From Planctomycetota bacterium (lineage in GTDB: Bacteria; Planctomycetota; PLA2; JAEUHO01), in NCBI GenBank assembly GCA_965223505.1, contig CBDCWP010000021.1:352001-416000 (forward strand): 64,000 nt of DNA. The letters run 5' to 3'. Positions within the stretch are counted from its first letter, which is position 1. Every line of letters starts with the position of its first letter. Under the pieces are notes generated by a model. It saw nothing but the letters and a program-made list of their open reading frames with translations, had not been told where the DNA came from and did not search any database. Of the stretch, positions 29,045-41,900 are shown piece after piece. The position numbers and the translations under genes are program-made.

Positions 29045-32000
29045 TCATCGTCCGTCAGGGTCGAGCAGGTGGGCAAAGGCGCTGCGTTTCTCCGGCGTGA
29101 AGTCGCGCTGGAGCCGCTCGTCGGCGAGCGCAAGCAGATCCGCCGTACGCAACGGCCAGATCCTCGCCGCCTCATCCTGGTAGCCCGTGATGAGCCGCGT
29201 TCCGTCGGGAGAGAAGTTCGCGACCCAAAGATCCCCTGCCAGGCGTGTACGCGACTCACCGTGCGAGCCGCGGAACGCCGCCCGAGGCGTGCCGTCCGCG
29301 TTCCAGAGGCGTGCCGATCCATCACCCGACACCGTCACGATCTGCGTGCCGTCCGGGGAGAAGGTCGCCCAGCGCACGGTGGTTGTGCGGCCGCGGAGCA
29401 CCTGGAGGAGATGCCCCTCGGCATCCCACAGTCGCGCCGTGTGATCGAGGCTCGCGGTGACGATCCGTGAGCCGTCCGGTGAGTAGACCGCCGACCACAC
29501 GACCGTCTCGTGCCCCTCGAGCCTGACGAGGAGCCTTCCTTGCAGGTCGTAGATCATCGCGTTGCCGTCGCCGCAGGCGACCAGGATCCGCGTACCGTCC
29601 GGCGAGAACGACGCCCACCGGACCGTGCCTGCCGACACGTCGATCGTCAACAGCTCCTGCCCCTTCAGGTCCCAGACCCGTGCGGTACGGTCCCGCCCTC
29701 CGGTGAGGATGCGGCGGCCGTCCGGCGAGAAGACGGCGGAGAACACCTGACCCGCGTGGCCGTCGATGGTCAGGATCGGTCGCCCGTCGACGCTCCACAA
29801 GCGGACGTCCGGCCCAGCGATGAGGACCTGGGTGCCGTCGGGAGAGAAGACGCCCGATCGTGGCGCAGCACCCGTGCAATCCCATGAGGCGAGTTGACGT
29901 CCCTGCGTGTCCCAGATGCGCGCGCGTCCCTTGCGGGAGCTCGTGAGGATCCGGTCCCCCTGCGGCGAATAGACCGCCGTCACGACGTTGCTTTCATGCC
30001 CGCGGAGGACGCCCCGATCGATAGCACGCAGGTCCCAGAGCCACGCGCTTGCGTCGCGGGACACGGTGAGCACATGCGAGCGGTCGGGTGCGAAGACTGC
30101 GTCGAGCATGCGAATCCTGTGTCCGCGCAGCCGAGCCACCTCGTGGCCGTCGGGCGTCCAGACCTGGGCGCAGCGGTTGCCTTGGGACCTGGTCAGGATC
30201 CGTTCGCCGTCGGCGGAGAAGGACACGCCCAGCACCTGACCGCCGAATGGACGAAACTCGCCGAGATCGCTGCCGTCCGCGCTCCAGAGACGCGCCGACT
30301 CATCCTCCGACGCGGTCACGATGCGCCCATCGACCGGTGAGACATCGAGGGCGAGGATCGGGCCGCGGTGTCCCTTGAGGAGAGCCACCAACTGGCCGTC
30401 ATGCCCCCAGATCCGGGCGGTTCCGTCCTGCGAGGCCGTCACGATCCGCTCGCCCTCGGGCGTGAACGCCGCCGCCAGGACCGGACCCGTGTGGCCGCGC
30501 AGCACCTGCAGCTCGTCGCCCGCCGCGCTCCAGATGCGTGCCGTCCCATCCGCGGAAGCCGTGAGGATGCGTTGGCCGTCCGCGGACCACGCGGCCAGGC
30601 CGACGGCCTCCTCGTGCCCCCGAAGGACGGCCTGCTCGCCCCCAGCCAGGTCCCACACGCGCGCCGGGCCTTCGGCGGAGGCCGTGAGCACACGGTCCGC
30701 TTGCGGTGAGAACCCGGCCCAGGTGAGGGGCTGCTCGTGCCCCCGCAGGACGGCGAGTTCGCTGCCCTGCGCATCCCATACGCGAGCCGTCCCGTCTTTC
30801 GAGGCCGTGACGATGTGCAAGCCGTCCGGCGAGAAGGCGCCGATCACCAGATCGTCCTCGTGACCGCGCAGGACAGCCAGTTCCCGGCCCGTGAGGTCCC
30901 ACAGGCGCGCGGTCTCGTCCTCCCCTGCCGTGAGGATGCGCGTGCCGTCCGGCGCGAAGACCCCACCGCGGATGGGGCCCACATGGCCCAGCAGGCGGGC
31001 GGCCTCCATCGGACGCGCGAGGGCCTCCTGCAAGCGTGAGAGCGAGGCGAAGTTCGCGTCCATCCGCACCGCCTCGCGCGCCAGCAGGAGCCCCTGCATG
31101 GGGAACGCGGGGCCGTGCTCGGCCGAGGCCGCGGCAAGGGCCATGCTCCGTGATCGCCGGCTGCGCTCGCCAGCCAGCCTCTCGGCCTCGAGCGCCCGGT
31201 CCCGCTCGTGCGTGACAGAGAAGACGAACAGCGTGGTCAGGCAGCCGATCAGGGCAAGCGCCGCGATCGCCGTCGCGGCGACGGCCCGGTTGCGCTGCAT
31301 CCACTTGCGAAACTCGATGAGGGGCCCCACGCGATAGGCCTCCACGACCCGCCCCTCCAGGAAGTGCTTCAAGTCGCGGCCGAGGTCGCTCGCGGATGCG
31401 TATCGCTCGCCGGGGTCGCGCGCCATCGCCTTCGTCGCAAGCGCGACCAGCTCCGGCGGTGCCTTCGGCGCGCGTTCGGCGAGGGGCGTGGGTGGCCCCG
31501 CCGCCTGGGCGAGGAGCACGTCCCTCGCCGTCCGGTGCTTGGACGGATCGGCGTACGGGGCGTGCCCCGCAAGCAGTTGGTAGAGCATGGCCCCGATCGA
31601 ATAGACGTCGCTGCGCGCGTCGACACCGAGCCCCGCGGCCTGCTCGGGTGCGATGTACAGCGGGGTCCCCAGGATGTCGCCGACCCCCGTGAGCTCCCGG
31701 GCACCCGGCGAGCCCGGTTCGGCCATGCGCCCTGTCGTGACGAGCGTGAAGGCCGCCTCCGCCGGGTGGCTCGCTGGCGCCGGTGTCTCGCGGCCCAGGA
31801 CCTTGGCGAGGCCCCAGTCCATCACATACACCTCACCGAACTTCCCGACCATGATGTTGGCCGGCTTCAGATCGCGGTGAATCACGCCCTTGCCGTGGGC
31901 GAACGCCAGCGTGTCGCAGATGCGGCTGAAGACCTGCAGCACACGCGCCTGGGTCCACTCCGGGTCGGAGCCCTCGGCGACGCTTCGAAAGACGTCCCCG

Positions 32001-32413
32001 AGCGTGCGGCCCTTCACGAGCTTCATCGTGAAGAAGAGCTCACCCTCGTCGTCGAGCCCCAGCTCGTGAACCGGCACGACGCCGGGATGGTCGAGCTGGG
32101 CCGTGATCTGGGCCTCCTCGAGGAACCGCTGGACGATCGGTGTCGGCGTCGCCGCCTCCTCGGGGAACGTGTCGCCGAGAATCACCTTCATCGCAAGGTC
32201 GCGGCGCAGCAGTTCGTCGCGCACGCGGAGGATCGCACCCATGCCGCCCCGCGCGATCTCACCCCGGCGGTGCAAGGAGCCTGTCGAGGAGGCCAGTTGC
32301 TGTTGCAGCTCATCGAGTGACGACGTGAACCCGGTCGCGGAAGGGTCGCTAGAGCGGTCGTCGGGTCGGCCGTCGTCGCTGCCCTCCGCCTCTCGTCCGT
32401 CGTGACTGCTCAT
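29045..32413 (-). CDS. Ser/Thr protein kinase with WD40 repeats
   Basis: [19 protein letters not shown], then many GH..FSPDG..ILTAS.D.TARIWD repeats. Confidence 0.93.
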   Translation of the reverse strand: MSSHDGREAEGSDDGRPDDRSSDPSATGFTSSLDELQQQLASSTGSLHRRGEIARGGMGAILRVRDELLRRDLAMKVILGDTFPEEAATPTPIVQRFLEEAQITAQLDHPGVVPVHELGLDDEGELFFTMKLVKGRTLGDVFRSVAEGSDPEWTQARVLQVFSRICDTLAFAHGKGVIHRDLKPANIMVGKFGEVYVMDWGLAKVLGRETPAPASHPAEAAFTLVTTGRMAEPGSPGARELTGVGDILGTPLYIAPEQAAGLGVDARSDVYSIGAMLYQLLAGHAPYADPSKHRTARDVLLAQAAGPPTPLAERAPKAPPELVALATKAMARDPGERYASASDLGRDLKHFLEGRVVEAYRVGPLIEFRKWMQRNRAVAATAIAALALIGCLTTLFVFSVTHERDRALEAERLAGERSRRSRSMALAAASAEHGPAFPMQGLLLAREAVRMDANFASLSRLQEALARPMEAARLLGHVGPIRGGVFAPDGTRILTAGEDETARLWDLTGRELAVLRGHEDDLVIGAFSPDGLHIVTASKDGTARVWDAQGSELAVLRGHEQPLTWAGFSPQADRVLTASAEGPARVWDLAGGEQAVLRGHEEAVGLAAWSADGQRILTASADGTARIWSAAGDELQVLRGHTGPVLAAAFTPEGERIVTASQDGTARIWGHDGQLVALLKGHRGPILALDVSPVDGRIVTASEDESARLWSADGSDLGEFRPFGGQVLGVSFSADGERILTRSQGNRCAQVWTPDGHEVARLRGHRIRMLDAVFAPDRSHVLTVSRDASAWLWDLRAIDRGVLRGHESNVVTAVYSPQGDRILTSSRKGRARIWDTQGRQLASWDCTGAAPRSGVFSPDGTQVLIAGPDVRLWSVDGRPILTIDGHAGQVFSAVFSPDGRRILTGGRDRTARVWDLKGQELLTIDVSAGTVRWASFSPDGTRILVACGDGNAMIYDLQGRLLVRLEGHETVVWSAVYSPDGSRIVTASLDHTARLWDAEGHLLQVLRGRTTTVRWATFSPDGTQIVTVSGDGSARLWNADGTPRAAFRGSHGESRTRLAGDLWVANFSPDGTRLITGYQDEAARIWPLRTADLLALADERLQRDFTPEKRSAFAHLLDPDGR

Positions 32414-32612
32414 GGACGCAGTCTGCCGGACAGCAGGCCAACGGGCAACTCGCCATCCGAAGGGTCCGGGATTGCGCGTTCAACGCGCAGCGGCGCGAGG
32501 AGGCGAGACCGAGACCGTGATCCTGTTCGACATTGGCGGGTTGGTAGTCCGCGAATATCGAACAGAATTTCCGGTCTCCGTATCTTCTCCGGCGAGGCCT
32601 CCTCGCCGCAGC

Positions 32613-35600
32613 TCACCGCGCCTTGGCTCTCGCGTCCGCGACGACCTCGCGGACCCTCGCCCAGTGGGCCCGCAGCTCGCCTGCGAGCGGCTCGGGAAGC
32701 CGCGCGAGACCCTCCTCGTCTCGCAGTCCAGCCATCAAGGGCCCTCGAGCCAGATGATCATGATGCGCACGACCTCGTGCGGCGCCTCGTTCCGGCGCAT
32801 CTCCAGCAGTTCGCGAAGCCACGCGAGACCCTGCGCCCCGACCTCTGCGCGGGCCTTGGCGTCGAGATCCCGGGCGTCATCGAGCCCCAGCACGGCACGC
32901 GCGGCGGCGATGCACCCGCCGTAGTGGTTCTCGTATTTGGTGGGGTCCGCCGTGTACTCGCGGTCCGTCTCGAACGCGGCCTTCATCTGTTGCACGGCGG
33001 CGTGCGGCCACTCGCGGCGGGCGCCGACGAGCGCCGCGTCGACCATCTCTTCGGCGCCACGTGCCTGGACGTGCCCCTCCAGGATCGCGATCAGTCGGGG
33101 CTCCGCTTTCGCGCGACGTTCGATCTTCTCCCAGAGCTCGACCAGCTGGGGATGCAGTACCGCCTCCGTAAGCCCAAGCCCCCGTAGGCGCTCGATGCAC
33201 TGGGCCGCCTCGATGTTCCTTCCCTGGAAGAACAGCGCAAACATGAGCTGAAGCCACGCGTCGATCGAGCGGTCGTTGATCCGCGTGGCAGTGCGAAGCT
33301 CTGCGATGCCTTCATCGAGGAACCGCAGCGCGGCCAGGGCCGCGCCGAGAGCGGCGTGCGTCTCCGCGTGTTGCGGTCCGCGGCGCACCGCCTCCCGGGC
33401 GACCTCGATCGCCTCGATCTGGCGCCCCATGGCCGCCATGGTGCGCGTCAGGCTGAGATGGCTCCACGGGGCGGTGGGGTCGAGCTCGACGGCTCGGAGC
33501 GCGGTCTCGTACGCCTTTTTCGTGTCGTTGAGCCACCCGTACGCGGTGCTCGCCATCCATTGGATCTGCGCGACGTCCGGCCCGAGCCGAAGTGCCTCCT
33601 CGACCTGCGCCATTGCCTCTTCTGAGCGGCCTCGTTGCAGCAGGATGAGGCCTCGCTGGGCGCGCACCCATGCGGAGTTCGGCGCGATTCGGACCGCCGC
33701 CTCCGAAGCGGCCTCCGCATCCTCCCCTCGGCCCTGGAGCAGAAGGGCCATTGCGAGCTGCACGTGGAGGATGGCGTCCTCGGGCCACCTTCGGATGCCC
33801 TCGCGGAAGACCGCCTCGGCGCGAGCGGCCTCGCTGACGTTGATCAGCTCCTGCCCCGCCTCGGAGACCGCGACGGGGGAGTCGGGGCGAAGAGCGAGCA
33901 CCGCCATGTAGAAGCTGGCGGAGTCAAGCGGATGCCCCGACTGGTGCAGCGCGCGAGCGAAGTGGAGGCAGATGAGGAAGTCGCGGGGATGGCGGCGGTG
34001 GGCCCGCTCGAGCATCTCGGCCGCCTCGGGGTACGCGCCGACGTTGCGGAGGCCGCTGCCGAGGAGCTGGAGCGTCACGACCGGGAGGTCGAGAAGGTCC
34101 TCTGAAGAGGCGAGGGTCTTCAGGATCTCGGCATCCCTCTCGAGGATGGCGAGGCGGATCCGGTTGCGCTTGGGATCCCCGTCGAGGAGGTCGGCGATGC
34201 GGGAGAGCCGCTCGGCCCCGTCGGCCTCGCCGAGCTCGCTCCGCACGACGACCCAGCCGTCGAGCGCAGCGGCCAACTCCGTCGAGATGCCTCGTGCGCG
34301 GAGCAACTCGGCGGCCTCGGCCGCAGTGCCCTTGTCGACGTCGATCCCCTGGACCTCGAAGGCTCTCGCGCATGCGCGGTTCGTGGCCGACCAGTCCGTG
34401 GGATAGCGAGCGTCGCCCTCGGAGGGGCGGGCCGCCTCGAGCGACTCGAGCAGGCGCCGGTTGTCCGCTCGCAGCTTCACCTCCCGAGCCGCTGCTTCGG
34501 CCTCGCGCGCGACGTTCGCGCGCTCGCTCGCCGCCCGTCGGCGGACGTCCTCCGGAGCCTCCGCTGCCAGCTCCTCGGCGCGCGTCGCCGCGCCGAGTGC
34601 TTCGGGCCAGCGCTCCTGGCCGCGGTGAAGCGTTGCCTCCCTCAGCGCCTCGTCCACCTTGGCCGTGATGCGGTTCTCCCGATTCTGTTGGCGTTGGTCC
34701 AGCCACCACCACGCGCCGCCTGCCCCGACGACCGCCAGCAGGACCACGGCTGCGAGCAAGGCGGTGAGGCGGCGCGCCTTGCGCTCCTCGGCCGCCTTCA
34801 CCTCGGCCTCGGCCGCTTCGATCCTCGCCTCCTGCACGCGATCCTCGACCGAGGTGAGGTACTTCCCGATCCGCTTCGCGACCAGGCCGGCATGTGCGGG
34901 TCGAGCGGTCGGCGCCGGAGAGAGACACTCGGCGGCGAGGTCGATCAGCTCGCGATCGGCGCCGCTGGCCTCGAGGCGGTCGATCGCCTCCTGCACCTCT
35001 CCGCGAGCGGATTTCTGCAGGACCTCCGCGCCGTCGCCGGCGTAGGTGGGCTGGCCCGTCAGGATCGCGCACAGCACGCCGCCGAGGGCAAACACGTCGC
35101 TGCGCTCGTCCACGGCTTCGAGATCGCCTCGCGCCTGCTCGGGCGGCATGTAGCGAGGCGTGCCGAGCACGGAGCCGACCATCGACGCCGATGCGTCGTC
35201 GTCGCTTCGAACGGTCTCGACGATGGTGCGGTCGACCTCGATCGAAGCACGTTTCTCGTCCGCGACGCCGCCGTGCTTCAAGACCTTGCCCATGCCCCAG
35301 TCCACGACGACGACCTCGCCGAACGCGCCGACCATCACGTTGCTCGGCTTGAGGTCGCGGTGAATGACGCCGCGGGCATGTGCATAGCCGACCGTCTGGC
35401 AGACGGACTCGAAGATCGAGAGGTACCGACGACGGCCCTTCGTGATGTCGTCTCGTTCCCCGAGGAGGGCCGCGAGAGTCTTCCCCTTCACGAGCTTCAT
35501 CGTGAAGTAGGGGCGGCTGTCCGCTTTCAGTCCAATTTCGTAGACGGGGACGATTCCCGGGTGTTGGAGCTGGCCGCCGATCTGCGCCTCCTCCACGAAG

Positions 35601-35884
35601 CGCTGGACGATCTGGGGATGGTCCGAGTACTCGTCGCGAATCACCTTCATCGCGACGTCGCGGCCCAGATCGACGTCGTGGCCCTTCATGACGATCCCGA
35701 CGCCGCCACGAGCGATCTCACCGATCACACGGTAGCGCCCCTCCCTCGCTTCTTCGGAGCCCGGGTTGCCGACGCGAACCATGTGGGACGTGTCGCCTTC
35801 CTCGGCTTCCTTGAGAGTCAAGGGGATCAGGTCGGGGCCCGTGCCCTTCAGCTTGGCCAGGATGCTCGGATCGTCCGTTTTCAT
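32613..35884 (-). CDS. Ser/Thr protein kinase with TPR; apparent frameshift about 40 codons before the C-terminus
   Basis: [17 protein letters not shown], TPRs. The ORF stops at WLEGP* (32735), but another frame continues LMAGLRDEEGLARLPE..HWARVREVV, resembling the paralog C-termini. One extra base in the GGG run at 32739-32741 restores it. Confidence 0.85.
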
Positions 35885-36084
35885 CGGCAACTCCCCCTCT
35901 CAGTCGTCGGGGTACGCGTCCACCGTCAACCGAAGCACCGGGATCGAGGGTAGCGGGAAGCCGATCGCGGCGCACGGTGTGTGTCTCCGCCGCGCGTCCA
36001 CCCGGGTTTTCACGCTTTTCTTCGTCAAGAGCAAGGGCTGACCGGGAAGGGGGAACCGGCCCGACGAGGTCGCCAAGCAGGCGG

Positions 36085-36250
36085 TTCGCGAAGGACGGGC
36101 GCTTCCAACCGGTCGTCTGGCCGTCGGAGGCCGAGTTCGAGCGGTGCTTCCAGCGGAACTTCCTCGACGACATGGTGCGAGCGAAGCGCCTGCGCCCCGA
36201 GACACGGGAGCACCTCCTGGGCTCGCGGCACTCGGGCTTCTCGGTCAAGG
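36085..36250 (+). mobile_element. Possible IS91-family (Y2) transposase remnant
   Basis: FAKDGRFQPV..FERCFQRNFLDDMV..HLLGSRHSGFSV; HSGFSV recalls IS91-like transposases; no start or full ORF. Confidence 0.45.
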
Positions 36251-37014
36251 GTGCATGCACCTCGTGCGCTACTACGGTGCCTAGCCTACGCTCGGCAACT
36301 ACACGACCAGGGCGATCTACCAGCGGGCGGATTCGAGACCCAGTTCACGTTCGCCCAGGCGCTTCGCCTGATCCACCTTCAGCCCGCCGTAATCCCTCTC
36401 CCTCCGCCAAACTTTTGCACCATTGTCGCACTTCGAGCCTTCCAGGTTGGGCATCGCCCTCGCGGCAAGCGCGACCACGGATCACGAGACGCGACGTCGG
36501 AGAACGTCGCCTGATGCGCCAGTGGTGCGCAAGCCAGGTCGCCAGCCGACGCGAGAACGCACGGCGGCCAATCTGCGGTCGGGCCGGGTCCTTGATGTCG
36601 ACGGACGACGGCGAGGAGGACACGCTCGGACGCACTGAACCCGCTGAGGTCGTTGCCCGATCGTTCCAGGGAGCGATCCCGATGGGATGTGTGCAGGCCG
36701 GCAGGTCGAGCCGGGAACGCAGGGCGAAGACCGTCGCAAGGAGTAGGCAGTCCCGGTCAACTGCGATGACCCTCGCTCACCTTTGATCATCCGCGCGCGC
36801 GGGCCAAGAACGTGACCGGGGAGAGCGCGAAGCAAACGCCGCACGTCCCGTCCCATCCCGGACGAAATTCCGGAATTCCTCGTCAGAACGATGCCCGACC
36901 GGGGAGAGGGAGTAGGCGGCTCGTCGGCGCCTCGCGGTCGAGGAACCGCCGGCGAGCCATGGCATCGGCCTCGGCGGGCAGTACGCCCCGCGAGAGGCCA
37001 ACACGGGAGACAAC

Positions 37015-38235
37015 ATGCTGAAGACTCATTGGGTCGTTCTGGTGCTCTTGGCGACGGCGGCGATGCTCGGAGCGACGACCACGACGGCATCCGCCGCGGG
37101 GCCGACGTTCGGCGACACGCTGACGGCCAATACGAAGCTGGACGGCAACCTCAGCGGCTCGGGGACAGGCCTGATCGTCGGCGCCGACGGCATCACGATC
37201 GATCTCGGCGGCTACACGCTGACCCAGACAGCCGGTGCCGGGTGGGGAATCGACAACACCGGCGGCTACGACGACGTCACGATTCGCAACGGCAGCATCG
37301 TGGGGTTCGACGAGGGCGTCCGCGCGATCGGCGCCGATGGCCTGACGCTGCGCGATCTGACGATCGACGGCGCGAGCGGCTCCGGCGCGACCACCGGTGC
37401 GGTGCACGCGTTCGACAGCACGGACGTGACGATTCTGGACTGCTCGATTCTCGTGGTCGCCGGCAACTTCGGGCCACACTGCATCCGTCTGGACAGCGTG
37501 ACCGACGCGAACGTCCGCAGCTGCAGCATCGCCGGCGGGTTCATCGGCGTGAGCTTCGCGAGCATCGGTTTCGCAGGGTCGCCGTCCTCAGGATCCGTCC
37601 AAGACTGCGTGGTGGACACCTGCTTCATCGGCGTGCTCATGGGCAGCGCGACGGACGTCAAGGTGCTCGACAACGTGGTGAAGAACGGCAACGACTTCCC
37701 GGTGTTCGGGAGCCAGGGGATCCGCGTCGGGTTCACAGGTGCAAGCGGGAAGGTCAAGATCAGCGGAAACGAGGTCTTCGGGAATTTCCGGGGCATCCTC
37801 GGCTCGGCCGTCACGGCGACCGTGGCCGACATCACGGACAACGAGGTGTACGACAACACCCTCGGCGGCATCCAGCTGTTCGGTGGGAGCGAGTGCAAGA
37901 TCGCGGACAACGACGTCCACGACAACGCCTTCTTCGGCATCAGCCTCGCCGTGGGGACCAGCGACTGCCACGTCGCCGACAACGATGTTGCAGACAACGG
38001 TCGGCGCGGCATCGTCCTGACCGGGTTCTCGAACGACAACCGGATCACGGGCAACACGGTCACCGGCAACGGCGTCGAGGGCATCACGCTCTTCCAGAAC
38101 GCCAACGTCGGCAACTGGATCTCCGACAACACTGCGTTGGCCAACGGGGTCTACGACCTCTTCCACAACGCGGCGAGCACGCCCAACACGTGGAAGGACA
38201 ACGAATTCGACACCAGCTCGGGCGCGGACATCTAG
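37015..38235 (+). CDS. Secreted right-handed parallel beta-helix protein (NosD / pectin-lyase-like fold)
   Basis: Signal peptide; GITIDLGGYTL, VTIRNGSIVGF, repeated I.DN.V.DN..GI motifs. Confidence 0.85.
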   Translation: MLKTHWVVLVLLATAAMLGATTTTASAAGPTFGDTLTANTKLDGNLSGSGTGLIVGADGITIDLGGYTLTQTAGAGWGIDNTGGYDDVTIRNGSIVGFDEGVRAIGADGLTLRDLTIDGASGSGATTGAVHAFDSTDVTILDCSILVVAGNFGPHCIRLDSVTDANVRSCSIAGGFIGVSFASIGFAGSPSSGSVQDCVVDTCFIGVLMGSATDVKVLDNVVKNGNDFPVFGSQGIRVGFTGASGKVKISGNEVFGNFRGILGSAVTATVADITDNEVYDNTLGGIQLFGGSECKIADNDVHDNAFFGISLAVGTSDCHVADNDVADNGRRGIVLTGFSNDNRITGNTVTGNGVEGITLFQNANVGNWISDNTALANGVYDLFHNAASTPNTWKDNEFDTSSGADI

Positions 38236-38322
38236 CGCTTCCCTGCGGGCGGAGCGGGCACCGGTCCGCTCCGTCCGCCCCGTCCCGGCACGCGGGAAGC
38301 GGCGATGGGCTAGACTCCCACC

Positions 38323-38985
38323 GTGCACGATACGACGTGGTGGACGGTGATCCGTGGTGCGGCCGAAGGGCGCGATGGCGCACGCACCGAGTTCGTCAAG
38401 CGCTACGAGCGCGTCATCCGCACCTATCTACGAGCCCGCTGGCGCGTCGGGCCGCTGCGATCCGAGATCGATGATGCGGCGCAGGAGGTGTTCATCGACT
38501 GCTTCAAGCCCGGCGGCGCGCTTTCAAGGGCGGACCCCACCCGCGCCGGTGGCTTCCGCGCGTACCTCTACGGCGTGGTGCGCAACGTCGCGCGTCGACA
38601 CGAGACGAAGAGGGCGCGCCGACGTGATGTCTCCCCGGTGGACGGCTTCGACATCGAGTCCGACGAGGAGTCGCTCGGGCGCGTCTTCGACCGCGCATGG
38701 GCGCGCGCGGTGCTCAAGCAGGCGGCCGCGTTCCAGGCGGACCGGAGTACCTCTCTGGGACCCGAGGCCGAGCAGCGCGTCGCGCTGCTCAAGCTCCGCT
38801 TCCAGGAAGGTCGCCCCATGCGCGACATCGCGACGGCGTGGCAGATGGACCGACGCAAGTTGCAATACGAATACGACAAGGCGCGCGCGGAGTTCACCGC
38901 GGCCCTCGACCAGGTGCTGAGGGAGCTGTACCCCGAGAGAGCCGTACGCTCCGAGCGCGAACGTCTTCTGGAGCACTTCCGATGA
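38323..38985 (+). CDS. ECF-type RNA polymerase sigma factor
   Basis: TWWTVIRGA, DDAAQEVF, FRAYLYGVVRN, FDRAWA, region 4 LRFQEGRPMRDIA; ATGA-coupled to a kinase. Confidence 0.87.
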   Translation: MHDTTWWTVIRGAAEGRDGARTEFVKRYERVIRTYLRARWRVGPLRSEIDDAAQEVFIDCFKPGGALSRADPTRAGGFRAYLYGVVRNVARRHETKRARRRDVSPVDGFDIESDEESLGRVFDRAWARAVLKQAAAFQADRSTSLGPEAEQRVALLKLRFQEGRPMRDIATAWQMDRRKLQYEYDKARAEFTAALDQVLRELYPERAVRSERERLLEHFR

Positions 38986-41900
38986 CGCAGGACCAAGACG
39001 CGGGACCGCAGGATCACGAGGGGCGCGACGAACTCGATGCCGCGCTCGCCGAGGCGTTCGGACGCGACGACGATAGCAGCGGCGCGAGCATCCTCGATCG
39101 TCTGGCCGCGCAAGCCCACGTTGCGCCTCGGATCCGGCTCCGGGAGGCCCCATCGGGTCCGGCCACGTCCGCCAGCGACGGGGGCGATGTGACACGGAAC
39201 CGGGGCAAGTACCGCATCCACGGCGAGGTGGCTCGCGGCGGGGTCGGCGTCGTCCTCAAGGGGTACGACGCGGACCTTGGTCGCGACGTCGCAATGAAGT
39301 TGCTGCACACCCAGCACCAGGACAACGGGGAGATGATCGAGCGCTTCGTCGAGGAGGCGCAGATCGGCGCGCAGCTGCAGCACCCGGGCATCGTGCCCGT
39401 TTACGACCTCGGCCTCGACGAGGACCGTCCCTTCTTCACGATGAAGCTGATCCGGGGACGGACGCTGTCCTCGGTACTGCGAGAACGACCGAGCGTGGAG
39501 CGCGGGCAGCGCCGCTTCGTCGGCATCTTCGAGCAGATCTGCCAGACGGTGGCCTACGCGCATGCGCGCGGTGTGATCCACCGCGATCTCAAGCCGAGCA
39601 ACGTCATGGTCGGTGCGTTCGGCGAGGTACAGATCGTCGACTGGGGGCTCGGCAAGGTCCTGCTGGGGGGCGACGACAAGCCGCGCGCCCGGCGGGAGAC
39701 CAAGGAAGGGTCGGTCGCGACCGTGCGCACGCAAGTTGAGGGATCGAGCTCCGCGGTCGGTTCGGCCATGGGCACGCCCGGCTACATGCCCCCAGAGCAG
39801 GCGCTCGGCGCGACCGAGGACATGGACGAGCGCGCCGACGTGTTCTCTCTCGGTGCGATCCTGGCCGAGATCCTGACGGGCCAGCCGCCGTATGCCGCAC
39901 CGGAACCCATGGAACGGCTGCGGATGGCCCGCAACGCCGAGCTCGATGAGTGCATGGCGCGCCTGGACGCCTGCGGCGCCGACGCCGAGCTCGTCGAGCT
40001 CGCGCGCGACTGCCTCGCGCCGGCACGCAACCTCCGACCCCGCCACGCGAAGGAGGTCGCCGACAGGGTCCTCGCACATCTTGAGTCGATCGAGGAACGC
40101 AAGCGCGCCGCCGAGCTGGCGGCGACGGAGCAGCGCATCGTCGCCGACGAGGAGCGCAAGCGCCGCAAGCTGACGGTGGGTCTCGCGGCGGTGATTCTGA
40201 CGGGCGTTCTAGGCGGTGGCTGGCTCGCCAAAGACCGGCTCGACCGACAGCAACGCGACGTGCTCACGGCGAAGGACCGCATCGCGCGCCTGACGACGCT
40301 CGCGGCAGAGGCCCGTGCCTCGGGCAGCTTGGCCGCCTGGGAAGCCGCCGCGGAGGCCGCCACCGGCACGGGCGATCTGCTCGAGCGCCTCGACGTCGCC
40401 CCGGACATCCGCGCGCAGGCCGGCGTCGTGGTCGCCGACATCACAGCCGGCAGGGAAGCCGCCATCGCAGCCGACGCCACCCAGCGGCTCGAGGCACGGA
40501 CCGCCGCCGCTCTCGAGACGATCCGTGCGCGCATCGGAGGCGGCTACGCGCTTGCCGAGGTGGAGGCCCGGTTCCGCGCCGCCTTCGAGGGGCTGGGTCT
40601 CGACGTCGAACACACGGCCGAGGCCGACTGCGCCGAGCGCATCGAGGCGAGCGGCATCCGGGGTGAGCTCTGCGACGCCCTGGACGAGTGGGCCGAGGCC
40701 TGCGTGCGCATGACCGGTGACGGTGCGGAGCGTGCGGCACGCTTCGCACGCATCGCCGACCTCTCCGACTCGGAGCCGCTGCGCCGGCAGCTGCGCGCAG
40801 CACGCGGGGACGCGGCCGCCGTCAAGGCGCTCGTGAACCAGTCGGATCCCGTGGTCCTCAGTCCCGGCTCGGTCGTTCAGCTCGCGGGTGCGTTGGCCGC
40901 GACGGCGGGCCTCGATGAGGCACTCGCCTACATGCGCCGAGCTCAACTTCAGCACCCGGAGGACTTCTGGATCAACTTCCGACTGGGGCGCTGGCTCTCC
41001 GATGCGGGCAAGCAGGCCGACCTGCAGGAGGCCGTTGGGTTCCTGCGGGCCGCCATCGCGGCGCAGCCGGAAAACCCCGTCCCCCACCACGTCCTCGGCA
41101 TCGTGCATCAGCGCCAGCGGGCCTGGGACGAGGCGCTGGCCGCGCTCGAGCTTGCGTTCGCGCTGGAGCCGGAGAATCGCATCCTGAATGCACAGCTGTA
41201 CGAGATTCGCGAGAAGCTCGGCCTGTTGGATCGCACCCTGGCCGACCTGCAGCAGCAGGAGGAGACCGCCCTGACGGCCTGGCGCATCGGCGTGGTGTAT
41301 CGCATCCGGCGCCAGTTCGCCGACGCCGCGAAGCAGTTCCGCCGGGCGACCGAACTGGACGACACGTTCGTTCAGGCATGGCGAGGCCTCGGATTCAGTC
41401 TTCGAAGGCGCGGCCAGCTGAAGGAAGCGTCCGTTGCACTGGCGCGGGCCACGGATCTGGCGCCCGAGAATGCCCATGTCTGGTTGATCCTGGGTGAGAC
41501 CTACGGCGGCCAGCAGCGGTGGGACGAAGCGATCGAGGCGTACGAGCGTGCCGTGCAGGCCGAGCCGACGTGGCCGTGGTTCCGCCTGCGTCTGGCGACC
41601 GTTCTCGTCCGATCGGGCAGGAATCCGAGCGCCGCGCTTGCCCAGTACGAGGAGATGCGCCGCCTGCATCCCGACGCCGAGGGCATGATCGACCTCGAGA
41701 ACGGCCTCGCAAGCGTGCTGAAGGACGCCGGCCGGGACGACGACGCGCGTGCGATCGCCACCCGTTCGATCGGACGCTGCGAGAACCGGCTCAACGACCC
41801 GACGCAGAGCGACGAGCAACGGGCGTCGCTCTGGGAGCTCATCGGGAGCCTGCGGATGAACGTCCTGCAGGACTACCGCGGCGGCGCGGACGCGATGGAG

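Noticed and set aside
29100..31000. Repetitive DNA suggestive of a CRISPR or tandem array
   Set aside because: These are WD40 coding repeats; no fixed-length repeat-spacer structure or cas genes were seen in the window.
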